Shown here piece by piece: positions 1-13,200 of a stretch of 48,769 nt of DNA (positions within the stretch are counted from its first letter, which is position 1; every line of letters starts with the position of its first letter). The stretch is from Catajapyx aquilonaris (taxonomy: Eukaryota), in contig JYFJ02003008.1 in the NCBI GenBank assembly GCA_000934665.2, positions 1-48,769 of the forward strand, written 5' to 3'. The translations under genes and the position numbers were made by a program. The notes below the pieces were generated by a model. It ran no database searches and was not told the DNA's origin. It was given only the letters and a program-made list of their open reading frames with translations.

Positions 1-2
1 CT

Positions 3-89
3 ACCACCACCAACTCACCTCCGACGCTACCCCTTCCCCTGTCCCTGACCATGCCCCTCCTGGCCCCGGCCTCCCCCCGACGATGCTGA
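3..89 (+). CDS. Possible 3' end of the last coding exon of an upstream gene (TTTNSPPTLPLPLSLTMPLLAPASPRRC*), 5' part outside the window
   Basis: Frame 3 is open from the window edge to TGA at 87-89, most codons end in C/G, and the peptide is Pro/Ser/Thr-rich with a PLSLT motif. AT-rich (TAT)n-laden UTR-like sequence follows at about 570-1300. Frame 2 is also open to 322, so the frame is not certain. Confidence 0.35.
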   Translation, partial: TTTNSPPTLPLPLSLTMPLLAPASPRRC

Positions 90-1887
90 ACGTCACACCA
101 CAACGGGACACAACTACGGCAGAGCGCAAGTACCGTACGTGTTGCAAATCTCTTGTCCGGAAATTGTCGAATGTAGAGTCATACACTCATGCGTCGGCTC
201 TGGATGCGAGCGACGGTGCTATGACAGAGTATAGAGACACAGTACGACCCATTCCGTGCAGTGGACAGTCTAAAGATAAGAGGCGGATACAGCAGAGCAT
301 CGCCATCCGCCCATCCATCTAATCGATTATACCAAGCCAGAATTCAAGCGGCTTTTGTGTTGCTCCCTAAATACTTGGATTGTACATAACTGGGACCCAT
401 AAGGTTACATACCATTGCGGACCCTGTAGGGCTCATATGGCATGAAGCCTGTAGGTTTCATGACCCCCGCCAATTGGACTTTACACTCACATACTGCGTT
501 CTTGGGCACTTGGGAAAAAAAAGTACAAGTGCCGCTCCTTTACATTGTACTTCAAAGGTGTTAGAGTCAGTTATTATGATTATATTGACTAGATACTATA
601 ATTATATCTACTATCACTATTATCGTAAATTATTATTGATATTATAATAATTATTATTACTGCATGCCAGAGTCAAGTAGTCGATGGTTATTGCAAAAGC
701 TTCAACTCTCACTGTTTTTCGCAGGACATGTCTCTTTTTTCGAATGACAGTCCATCTCATCCTATCTCCCTCACTTTGTCATGGTTGAAAAAAAAGAGAG
801 ATCCTTCTTTGATTGGACAAACACGATCACCATTTTTTGAGTAGCAATTAGGCATCAAATCTGCTCTCCCATGCAAGAAAGTAGCAACTGCCATTTACTC
901 GCACTTTGACGGCAGTTACTACGTCCTGGCTTTGGACGGCAGATACTCTGCATCTCATTACCTAGTCATGTTCAGTGGTCGATGAGGGCGAGAAGGAATC
1001 ATCCAATGTTCCATTGTTATTATTATTATCATTATTATTATTTTTTTGTCAGGAAGAAGGATCGACAATTATACACGCGTTGGAGTTATGTAGTGTTGCT
1101 GCTACTGCTTCACTACCACTACCAATCAATCACTTTATGTACATCTTTCTATACAATAATGTACGCGCTTCTTGTGATCACCCCCACCCAGCGTTGCCAC
1201 TTTGATTCATTCCCCAGTGTAATATTATTATTATCTTATTGCTTCAAGTGAAAGTAAAGCATACTATTTGCACAAGCAACCCTTTCTCATCATTTTGTAT
1301 TGGAATTACAGACAGCTTCATGGTATTCTCATCAACATCACTTGACGGTAAGTACATCTAGTTGGGCCCCTGCATAACTCACATGTTCTGTATCTATGTA
1401 CTGTAGAAAGTACTGGTAAAAAAGTGTGGGGCATCAGGACGTACAGGAGGCTTTAAATAAATGGAGCTATCAGTGTCGGAAAGGGTCGGCTGATCCGCTT
1501 GGTGTATTCACTACCTCCTCTCTATAATATCATCATTAGGCTGTCGCTGGGCTATTGTGGCATGTCCTGTCCATCCACTCCCTACCCCTGCCCCTTCTAT
1601 TGAAGCCCTCCCCTTCCCCTGACGCTATATACTAAGATGAAAGTCCGCAGTCGTAAGCAAACTCCATCATCCACCACCAGGCCCACCTCGTCAGCTGCTG
1701 GCCAAACCATCCAACCACTCCAACCCCCCACCTCTCCCCTCAATCTTCCTTTTCCCCTACTCCCTGTCCATCATTTCTCACTAATCGCCCTAAGCCGAAC
1801 CCAAGTGCCGTCCTCCCTGCCCTATTATACACCCATGTATTGCACTTTTTCAAAATGACATCCATTGCAGTAGGATAGTCATACTAA

Positions 1888-1894
<7 letters not shown>

Positions 1895-1963
<69 letters not shown>
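1895..1963. repeat. (TA)n microsatellite
   Basis: Uninterrupted TA dinucleotide run. Confidence 0.97.
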
Positions 1964-1966
<3 letters not shown>

Positions 1967-4900
1967 AAACAGTTAATAGAAAATAACTATTATTTTATGG
2001 ATAATGTGAAGGTCCTTGCATGTGTACATTTCACATCACTAGACGGGAGCTCCCCATCTGCCAATGAGAAATCCATGAGTCACGTTTTGGATGGATCAAG
2101 AGAGGATCAACAGTCTACTAAGTTGGTTCCAAAAAGTTCACTTTGATGCACAAACATCGGGAACAGAGAGCGACAAGAGATTGGAGTGGATCGGGTGTCA
2201 TGGCCGCATGGGAAGCCACCGACTGGCTGCCAATCGCATTCATCAAATTCCGTTCTTTTTTTAAATATAATTATTAGCCATTCACACGGGGTTTCTCAGC
2301 TTAATGAATGTGACCAGTGTTCATCAGGAGCCACGCACGTTTCGCTAATGTCAACCCGCGAAAATTAATGAATGCTACAGCAATGGTTCCAAGCATTCTT
2401 GTCCCTTCTCAAAAATGCTGGATACCGAAATAGAAAAAAAGGGTTGGGGGAACAGGGTTGGATGACGAAGCATCAATCGGGCCCAGCCATGACGCTGCAA
2501 AAACTCGAATATACACACACACTGTACGGCACATAAATAAATAATGCTGGGAGACGAGGCACAAGTTGGTAGCAGCAAGTGCCCTATGACCCCCAGACAA
2601 TTTATTTGGTCCCAACTCATTATTGGAGTTCCCGTCCTTGCTTGAGCATTATTCTGGGCTGCGTGCACAAAAACAAGGGCGTTTCTTTTGGGGATATCCA
2701 TGGGCCACAATGGTCACTCGGCTTTATCGGGGAGTAGAATCGCCAGAACAAAACCTAAATCCGCGGTGGTGGTGGGTGTTGACGCTATAGAGTATCGACG
2801 ACTAACTTCATCCGGCCCAGGGGGCTGCTTTTCACACCCGCAGCTGTCTCTTCACAATACTCAGGCTCGCCTGCTGCCCTCCGGATTAGGACCAGATCTG
2901 TAGATTTTCCTCTATAGTCTACCTGCCATCCTTCCCGCTGCTACTCACCAACAACTCCCCGATATACAAGCAATAGGACCCTATTCTTCCATGCACCACT
3001 GATTCTCATGGGTAGGGCAATGTTGCACAGTACAACCTCCATCACAAAAATTTTTATAAAATTCCATCGGTGCAATTTGTTGAACCTATCGCAAGAATGA
3101 ATGAAATGGTGTGGAAGAAGGTAAGGTTATCTTGTTTTGCTTGTACCATGCTGAGGTACCAGATGCTGGTTTTTGGTTACGTCCCGGGCGGCCTGGACCC
3201 GAGTATACGACCCCCTGCCCCTCCCGTCCATTGGGGAGTACGAGGGTTAGAGAAAAACGGTGATGGGGGGGGGGGGGTAGGGTGGGNGTGTAATCCGGGG
3301 CCATCCGGGATTAGGTTACACGCCCCTTTCTTCCGACCTACTGATTTCCATGGAACGAACAAACTGCTTTTATGCCTCCCATCAACCTAACGCTTGTCTG
3401 CCCTCTTTAGGCTTCGGATTTTTGGGGGGGCTGCCTCTCTCGCGGGCAGGGGGTTGGTTCTCCATGCCTTCATATTATAACCCCCCCTATACATATCGCC
3501 AAATATAGTTTATACGAACATGGCAGCAATATGGCTGCCATGTTGTACAGCATAAACGGTAAAATATAAATGGGGCGGGAGGGGGGTGCTGGCGTGGGAT
3601 AGGGAAGGAATAACTATTCTAGCCTTAGGAACTCCCTTCTTTATTCCCATAGCAGCATGGAAGGAAGAGAATGAATAAGCAAGGTCAAGAGAGGAGAAGT
3701 GTCCCGGAGTGCCCCATTTGCTGGCATGTCACTCACTCTTTCCCCATTCAAGTCTTTCGCATGATCGCGAAGAAGCCCAGAGGCCACGATTCCATGACCA
3801 ATAATGTTCAAGTCACTCGACGACCAGAACTTCTGGTAGTGAGCGTGATTATCATCAGGGTCCATACGAGGTCAGATCGTCAGGAGAAAGGAGGGGGGGG
3901 GGAGGAGGGAGGGGAATGTGGAGGAACAAACAATTGTTGTTCTTGTTGGTGGCGGCGGCGTCACTTTTGTCAGCAGCCAAATGGACGTCTCAATCGGGAT
4001 GCGGCGGATTGATGGCTTCACTCTGGGCACAATAGCCTCCTCCCATTCATAATGGAATAATTGATAGAGATTTTTAACTGGCCATTAGGAGGCCGAAACC
4101 CAATCTGCACATAATTGATGACCCCACCGAGAGGGAAATTGGGCTCCTTTGTTTCGCGCCCCATTCCAGGTTCACTCTCCGACACAAACTACTCGTGGGC
4201 TAGCTATGGCCAGAAGGGGCTCACCTGCGAAGCTGGTTGCTGTGCTGGCCCCAACTAGCACAAGCCACAAGCTCTACCTACAAAGAGTTATGTTCGCAGC
4301 TCATATTTCATACGAAGACCTGATGATTATGCAAAACTCTCATTTCGAGAAATGAGGGTTTGAAGATTGCATTATTTGTTGATGACTATTCTGTTCTTTC
4401 TATTTCTACTCTACAGGGACCCTGATTGACAATAAGAAGTAGGAGCCATGACTATCTTACACAATGCCTGACTATATTTCGAAACAAATGCGACTGTTCG
4501 TTACGAAAATCAGGCTTCACGATATGACTTTGTCTCCGAATTCTGGTTGGTTCCTTTTCTTTTGTGCCAATGCGCTACGGTCTACAAAATTATTTTTTCC
4601 CATTTTCGGATTGAATTAGTTGGGCAAACTTAATATGCTTTAAAATATCATAAGAAGAGGTACTGTACTATAGTCTCTCAAAAAGATTGAGAAAATATTA
4701 AATTTTGTTCAATGCAAAATCGTCTCAATCTTTTTGAGCGAATGAAGCAACCGGCCATAATTATTTTTCAATTATTTAAAACTCCAGTAACCACCAGTAA
4801 GCTCTTTCCCCATAAACAAGACTCAATATCTTCTACTGCTATCCTTCCCTTCACAAATAGCGACAAAGGCTATTTTCTGTCTGCGAAAACACCGAACTAT

Positions 4901-5351
4901 TTTGGTACACCCTTCATAGTACATTGGAAATCTAACAATAAGTGCACAATGCTGTGGAACCTGACTTTAAAGCTGCGCCTAAGTATTTTTGAAAAATAAT
5001 TATCTCGTTGCTTAAAATTAATATTGAAGAGAAAACCCGGTATTTCATTCGAAATTAACTAATTAAAACCCAGATGCTTTCTCTAGTGGTATATGCCTAT
5101 TTTAAGTAGTTGACTATCCTTGCGTATACAGTCAAATCTCTCATAAACGACCTTTCCCGGATGTAATACTGCTTAGTAGCTATACATTATGCAAGGATCA
5201 ACTTTATGCTCACTGGCTTTATTCGTAATTATTGCACGCATTATTTTATTCACGGTCGAATTTGCTCTCGTAACTACTTTCCACAACTCACCGTCACGCT
5301 TCTTGCTGCTAAATGATCCTTACACTTCTAATTCCCTAAAACACGCACAAC

Positions 5352-5439
<88 letters not shown>
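5352..5439. repeat. (AAT)n microsatellite
   Basis: Uninterrupted AAT trinucleotide run. Confidence 0.97.
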
Positions 5440-6632
5440 GCTCAAGACTTTGCAGGAAGTGTTTCACACAATTGACTTCCTTGTGACTTGCATATGCCTC
5501 CGACACACAGGCCTATAAGCTTGGCTGTTTGATGTAGCTGTACACAAAGAGGGAAAGCCTACGCCTCAGTGTGCTGAACACGACAAGTGAAGGAGCACAA
5601 CGTCGCAGTCCGCTCAAAGGAGCCTGCATGGCATACACCTCATGTATACAGTATATACAGTGCATATATATGCACAGGAAGCGTTGCTAATTCATATGCC
5701 AGCGTCTTAGGAAATCAGGATTGCTAATCCACCTTGATTCATAATTAGAGGCCGATGAAAGGGAAGGTGGTAAACAGGAAGGAGTTGATCAATTAGGAGG
5801 CGCAATCCGTTAGTGAGCAGCATGTACTGTATAATAGAGGCAGGTGGGGGTATACGAGGAAAGTCAGGCTGTAGACTTCCTAATCTGGCCAGCAGATTAC
5901 ATGAGAACTAGTCCTCACCAATGCTCATCCTTCTGCACCCTATGGATTCAAACCCCTGTCATCAAATATTCATCCTGAAGCAACATCAGCTCAAGTCTAA
6001 GTCAAGAAAACCAGATATCCGTGGCCTGAGAGAGTTGCCTTTTCTTCTAGCGAATATAATCCGAGCACAAGCGAGTTAAACCGAGCGCGCTAATTGCATG
6101 GGAGCCTCAAACTGACATATTGGAAGAATGTAATAAAGTGAGAGTGGATCTCTGAATAGAATCAGGAGGGAAGGAGGGGAGGGGGGGATGGATAAAATAA
6201 TAGTCGACGGACAAAAGGATGCCCGCCCGCCTGCCATCCATCCATCCGTCCGTCCAAGCAGCCATAAAGCAAACGATCTTGTCCAAGACTAGAGGGCCTG
6301 GTGAAAAAGATGAGGCGAATTGAAGAGCGCAGCATGCAGTGGTTGAGTTGCTGTATATATGGTGGTGGTGGTACCTCCCGCTGCGACGATTCAACATCCT
6401 CCCGGTTACGCGGATTATTTTACGTCCAATTTCCTTAAACCCCAAATTAGCCTGCCAGGCCTTTTGTTCCCTCCTTCTCTCTCCCTCCTTCCCTCCCCGC
6501 CCTCCTTCCCCATCTCGCTCTCTTCCTTTGATTTTATATGATTTTTGCTGAAGCCGCCTTGAATTTGCCAGCTGGCTGCTTATTCGCACTTGATCTCAAT
6601 GCATATATGATTCTATGCTAGGCCTATATATA

Positions 6633-7247
6633 AAGGGTGTTCCAAGTTCGTGGGTCGTTTTATTTATCACTAATATCGCTTAAAGCTGTTGTTTTTGTAG
6701 CTTATTGTGCCCCAGTTCCCTCAGTTACGCTGTCAGGTGGTCAAATGTAGCAGAGGCTATAGAATAGGGCAGCCCACGGACACTACCCCTAGAGTCTTAT
6801 CTCATCGCCTGCCGGGGCGTTTTGCATGAGGTGCTCACCTGAGAGCGCCATGAGACAGCTTTTCACTGCTGAATTATGTGGCGACCCTACCGGACTACGC
6901 TGAACTTTATAGATACAAAAGGGAAGCGCTACATTGGGGGACCCAACTTGGGCGCCGCGCCGGCGGCCATGTTGGGCCCGCATGTATAGCGGCTTCTCTT
7001 CTACCTAAGTTCAGCGTAGTCCGGTAGGGTCGCCACATAATTCAGCAGTGAAAAGCTGTCTCATGGAGCTCTCAGGTGAGCACCTCATGCAAAACGCCCC
7101 GGTAGGCGATAAGTGGGAGTGACCAGACCTGAGTATTCTAAGATCATGGAATAGGGCAACAGATTAGGGGCACAACAAGCTACAAAAATAACAGCTTCGA
7201 GCGATATTAGTGATAAATAAAAGGCGCTACGAACTTGGAACACCATG
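6633..7247. mobile_element. Non-autonomous fold-back DNA element (MITE, Tc1/mariner-like TA flanks) carrying an internal inverted repeat
   Basis: Left end TA|AAGGGTGTTCCAAGTTCGT...TTTATCACTAATATCGCT...TTTTGTAGCTTATTGTGCCCC matches the reverse complement of right end GGGGCACAACAAGCTACAAAA...AGCGATATTAGTGATAAA...ACGAACTTGGAACACCATG|TA. The same termini occur at 31702-31921. Confidence 0.85.
6801..7113. repeat. Near-perfect inverted repeat, 107-bp arms (6801-6907 / 7007-7113), 99-nt spacer
   Basis: Arms aligned by eye with 3 mismatches and no gaps (e.g. CAGCTTTTCACTGCTGAATTATGTGGCGACCCTACCGGACTACGCTGAACTT and its exact reverse complement). Confidence 0.95.
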
Positions 7248-10200
7248 TACGTATATAGGACACGTGTTTTGTGAGTTCTTAATTTCTTCACAAAATATTT
7301 TAAAAATTAAACAAAAAATAATTCAGGCATATGGAATTGGGGTTACAGTTAATTTTTTATGAGATACCCAATTTTTTATTATAGGTGACATCTTCTATAG
7401 TGTAAACGTCACCTATTGTGATCTTGCACCAAGGCGCAAACTCTTAAGAAAATGATTGCATTAGTCTGCCCCACTTTGCGCTACTCTTTGGGATTAGATC
7501 GCTCATACAAGCTACTTCACACCGCCTATAGCTATAAAAGCAAAGGCGCTGGGTAGAAGTGCAAAATGATAGCGGTGTGTAGAACCGAGGGGCATAAAAT
7601 CGATGGGTTTGGGCTGTGAGTTGGGGGAAACGTTGGCCCAATATTTTAATTGGGGCATTAAGCATGCCTGTCGTACCCGAGTGAGTGAGGGCCTTTTGTG
7701 TCCCAGAGCCCAATCAAACATTCGCGGACCGAGTTACAGAAACTATCATCTTCGACGACATCCACAATGCAACAGACTCAGCATGAAGCACCGGTCAGTC
7801 GTTGCGGATATATCGGATCTATATTGCAGCAGGCAAAGTTATATACTATCTGTGATGGGGCCATTAATTCGGCAAGGGAGGAGCACAAAGGGTCTGGGCT
7901 TGGTCCGATTTGTGCTCAATCAGTGGGATTCCCAGCGGATGTCAAGATGACAGAGGCGCTGCATCGGGAGGCCATCGGCCAAAGAATCCTCCCGAAGGCT
8001 CCCCACAAAGGCCGCTTCGATTGCAGGGGCTCTTTTGTCCACTCCTTGAGACGACGGATGATGCTTCATTTGCGCCCCAATCGGCCCCACCAAGCTACGG
8101 ACGCCATCCCAATGAATGACATCCATTCCGACGCCATCCGCCGACGCTCCTTATCGGAAATCATTGTTTCCGAGTGGATGCTTCCCACCACCTCCACCGC
8201 CTCCTCCTCACACCCCGCCGATAAAAGAGAGGGAAAAAAACAAGGCGAGGGATTCAATTTGATCACCCAAACACACCTTTGTCACGCACCTACCTGCTCC
8301 CATGATGGGATTTTGGTTTGCAACCAAACTAGATACTGAATCTTTGTACCCTGATTTTTGTCAGTGGAAAGGTGTAAGAGTTGACATTCTTAGGTCATCA
8401 TTCTGACCCCGAACAACACACATGTTTATTAGGACAAGCCTCCACTGAAGCTCCAACACGACTCGATACAAAATCTTAGCGAGGTCCTCTGGACATCCCA
8501 GCATCTCCTGACCAATGGGAAATATTATAATACTAGGCACCAACTTGCCAAAATTGGGCAAAAAATTAGTCATCGAAGCGACATCCGACGGTGAAGTGCA
8601 GAAGTAAGCGAGTCGCCACCCAGGAGGTGGCGGCCGGAACGGCCGAAACGGGAATTCCGTGGAACGGACGCGGTCGGGTTTTTTTTTGCGTATTTTTGAG
8701 TTTTACAAAGTCCCTCGGCACCATTTCCAAAAAAAACAAAAGTGGTTTGCAAATATAGGAAACACGGGCAAACTTTGGACACCACTCCTAAAGCTATAGG
8801 CCGTACGGTGCGGGAGGATTTTCCATGACAGTTGGCTTTTAATAATATAGATTACTAATAAAAACAAAGTTTTGGATTTCCAAATTCCTTTTTTTTTTTT
8901 TGGAGGTAAGGCTCAAATATGACAATACCTGGCTTATCATCTAATCGCTTACTGGGGAATCTGCCACAAAAATGATCCCCAATTATCACTTGCAAAAAAA
9001 TGACAACCAGAAGCGCCATAATTATGCAAGGGTGCTGCATAAAATATGCAATTATTTTCCAATTTTCAGAGGATGTCACCATTCGTTTCGGCTGAACTGT
9101 TACGGAGGTTTTCACACTGTGGCAGACCAGATCCGATTTTTACCCCGCGCTGTTGCAGAAAAAGAAATCAACGACAAGCCGGGGAAAAAAATGTCTTGCC
9201 GCAGACTGCCACAATGTGAATGCACCCCCTGGTTTGTAAAATGATATCAACATGGACCTAACCACTGTTTGCTGCAGTGATTCATATTCTGGGATATGTG
9301 AATAATTATTGCCAATACTGTCGTCTCCAATTTGAATATTGATTGTCGACATTTGAATTTGTCATACTTTTGGTTGTACACCCCCAGCTTGTACCCTAGC
9401 AAAATAAATGGTAATCCCGGGCAGCAGTTTCCGCGCGAATGAAGTAGCGCACATAATGCATTTGGCGTCGAGCGAGTGAGAAAGACTGGAGGGAGAGAAG
9501 ATTGGTTGTGGAAAAGCTGCCCGCGGTGAAGCAGTTACCATCTTGACAAAAGACAAGCCAAGCGGGAGATGCAATCTTTCCTCTCTTACCAACCTGACTC
9601 CTCCATGTCCTATATGCGCCCCCCTCCCTATAACATACAGCATCTCCTGACAGATAGGCCAGCCACACTACGTCTATGTGATTGTATCCGCGATATTCAC
9701 AGAAGCAAGTCAAAGAAAATTCGGTCGTTTGGCCATTAGTCGTTGGAGCATGCACAAAAAGCGTAGGGCTGCTGAAATCGTGAGTCGGGATCCAGAGAAG
9801 AAGAGGAAAAAATCCGGGCGTTTGATGCCCCGGGGAACGGATACCAAAGGAACGGAATGAAGGACGGGGAAGGAGTAGCACGCATCAAGCACATTCTTCA
9901 TCTTCTGCGAGGATTGCCAGATTCATCTCCTCGCTTACGCCTGATGCTGAAGGATCAAGAAGGAGGACAAAAAGAGTGGGGCTATGCGGCTCAAGGTGAT
10001 GGAATCCGGCAAGAAATCCGGCTTCACGACTCGTATTTGCTACGATTTCTTTCGGAGGGCGCTTGTATTACCTGCTGCTGGAGTACACTTTAATTGGGGG
10101 AGCCTGAAGCCACACTGGAATTACTCCAACGATACAGTCATTTTGGGGGATTAATCGAACTGTCATAAGAGATGACAAAATTTTCTGTGGATGTGTAAAT

Positions 10201-13200
10201 CCCGTGACCACACGAGGCACTTTAAACGCGTCTAAACCACATAAGACAATGAATGTCGTATATTAAAAACCCTCTACTTATATTTTTTCACTAGGATCTC
10301 AAAAGTGCATGGCTATACTTCCTTAGAGAAACGTCGTGATGGTTTTTGTTTGTGGTAAGACACATACTGGGAGTTTTACAACGCCAAGTGTGGCTGATCC
10401 GGATAAAATCCCGTTGTCTTTTGTGTGCTCCTAACATGGGGTGGTGTTTCCGTCGCGTTTTAAAAGCCTGGTGTGCCAGGAACACAATGGCCTGTTCATT
10501 CAAAAATATTTTGAGTGATTTTCAGCTCAATATGAACGTTTGGAAATAGAATGCCTTTTTGGCTAGTTTTTACTACAGATATTTGAGCCCAGTACTGCTG
10601 AATATTGTCCATCCAAAAAATGGCAAAATACTGGCAACAACATGATGTAATGTAATACAGAATAATATGACACTATACAACAACATATTAATTATACATG
10701 GTATGAACTATTATATTAATTATATAATTATGCTGTACCTGACCAGGTTCCAGAATTTTTAATAATGATTCTTGTGAGGGTAACGAGCACCTCCTCGTTA
10801 TTCGCTGACTATCCTTATAGTGAAATATGTCGTGGCGATGATGATGATGATGATACAATTATGCATATATACGATAGGTTTTATAATGCGAAATATTGTA
10901 TACTGAATTACCGTTTTTAATGATATTTTTACAGCTAATTTACTCCAGTTGAGGGTAGTTTTCACCAATTTTATTCCCAAAATTGCATAATTTGAGTTTA
11001 AAAACTGCTTTTACACCGGAGTCGAAATTGTCAGACAAAACGATTGAGTGTTCGCATTCTAATTTTTCATAACCGAACTTCAGTATAATAAGTTCAATTT
11101 GATTCTTCTAAAGTTTAAGCTCTTTGAGCCTGTACATCCCTATGCCCTATTTCTGCATCACCCTGTACAGCCTGGTATAGGTGTAAGTGTGCAAGGATGT
11201 CGGAGGGTGCAAATCCGATTACAGCTGATTTGGATCAGAGTTCCATTGGACTCGGCGCCTGCATACAAGCTCACTCGTCTATAACGAACCTAGCGTCTTC
11301 CTTCCTTCTTCTTCTTCTTCGTTCCTCCTCCATCCCCCTCTCTCTGAGATAGATCGTGTTCAGTAGCCTAGCAAAGAAGAAGGAGCCTGACTATACACAC
11401 CATCTCCTAGCAAGCGAGGGCTGGCGGGCGAATTGATGAATCAAGGCGACGAAGCGGCTTTGGAGTATCCGATCGCAGTCGCCTTGCTATAGCTGCAGCA
11501 TCAGGAAATGTACAGCGTAATGAAGGCAAAGAGAAACGAGCAGAAAGGAGGGGGGTGAGGGAAAAGCGGAGATGGAGTGCTCCTGTGGAAGAACGGATCG
11601 AAGGCGGCTGCAATTCAATTCCTTCCCTCTGAAGAATTACAGACGAGAAGTCAACCAGAATGTGATTGTCGCCGCTCTGCCTTTTCACGGCTAACGATAC
11701 GAGAAAAATTTTTCAACTCACAACTCAGCTGATGAATGTTATGTTTTTTTTAGGCGCATGCCAACCATGTGCAGTAAGCAGCAGCTTCATTGTAAGGTGC
11801 GTGTAGTAAATGTCAGGTAGCGGGGTAAGGCGACTCACGATCGACCCATTGGTTGACCCCGGCCAAAGTGCTTCTTTGTGGGCGGCCCGATTGGTGTCCA
11901 TGCGGAATGTCTTCTTCATTGGGCTCGGCCATCAGGCAGCCCAGACGAGCTCCCGAACTGATGGGCCCGGTTATCTGGATCGGGTACAGGTGTCACTGGC
12001 TACAAAAGCCTCGTCCATATGCTCTCTACTGCTAGAAGCCACTGCCCTTCCACTCCTATACACATTTACACATTGCTCGCATTCCTCAGGTGCACTCACA
12101 CCGTCTCATCAGCACCGAGCACGTCATGTAGATTTTTTTTTTCACGTGTAGTGTACTAAGTTGGGACACAAATTACATCACAGAGATAATAGCAGGTGGA
12201 TTTCCAAGTTCTAGTGAAAATGTCATATTGAAGGGGATAGGATGAGGTATGGACATTGTGACACTCCCTGCTGCAATGAGGTATGAAAATAATAACGTCT
12301 ATGCACGTACTCACGCGACATGTCCAATCTGAAAGAAGGTCCTGTCATGTATTCACTATTCAGTGCATGCGTGCCTATCAGCCATTTGATGTGATCTTGT
12401 AATGCGTAAATATGCGTCGCAGATGGTGCTGGCAGTAAAGATGAATTAGGGTAACACTATCGCCGCATCATCAGACACTTCTCGGTAAGTGTCTGCCTCC
12501 CGGCAAGTACCGGTTAGTACAAAATGGTGCATAATGCAAGAGAGGGATCGAACCTACAGCTAAGACAAATAAACCGCCGGAGGCGGCTACAACGCGATTG
12601 GAACCACAATGAACTCAGGAATGGCTGTTGGGGATTCGTATCTCTTGGGATATGGGCGCTTCCTCAAGATAGAGTTAGGGTGCATTACTATACTTCCTTA
12701 AGGACTATAATACGTTAAGTCCATCACCACCTGCATGCTTTGTACTGTCATGAGCAAAAAGTTGAGGGATATAGCCTTTTGGAAAATATATTAGGCTCGT
12801 TTGCGCCCGGCCTTAGGCTCATAACGATGACGGTATGAGCTATTAGTATCACCATTCTAGAGTGTATGGTGTATGAAGTGGTATGACATCGCATCAACAA
12901 AAGCTGCAGGGAGTAATCCCGTCTCTCCTTCCCGAAAGGCGGGATCGTAATGACAATCTCTCCTGATTCCTTATTCGCTCCTTGATTCGTTCGTGCCCGG
13001 TTCCAACCTCAGCTGAGCAAATACAATTACAGATTTGTATCCAAGCATCCCTCTGTCGGAAAAAGGTGCAAGTCAGGAACCAAAATGAAGAAATGATTAG
13101 TCGACAGCGGCGTTCAGCCTCCAAACATGTCCCCACCTATATAGACGTCCCCTCGACCACTCCACTCACGGTGTCATTATCGCCCCAAGAATCGTGTTCA

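Noticed and set aside
411..478. Hairpin containing ACCCTGTAG, the first 9 nt of miR-10
   Set aside because: The sequence after the seed does not match miR-10 (ATCCGAATTTGT), and the paired arm is only about 16 nt with mismatches.
1889..2146. ORF with YIYIYI repeat (also 41063-41551 SLSL/YIYI, 30622-30921 poly-P)
   Set aside because: These are translations of microsatellites and SINE sequence.
2322..2352. GAAA...CTGATGA on the minus strand, hammerhead-like words (also CTGATGA near 12107 and 13900)
   Set aside because: No NUH cleavage triplet and no consistent stems I-III could be built.
7698..8339. Longest ORF in the track (213 aa)
   Set aside because: No recognisable domain or splice context, and overlapping ORFs occur in several frames. 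Consistent with chance in stop-poor, GC-balanced DNA.
8560..10640. Possible decayed transposon or structured RNA (GCCACC/GGTGGC hairpin near 8612; GGGCAGC..TTTCC / GGAAA.GCTGCCC pairing 9419-9523)
   Set aside because: Pairings are short, no termini or TSD were found, and there is no recognisable transposase, RT or ncRNA motif.
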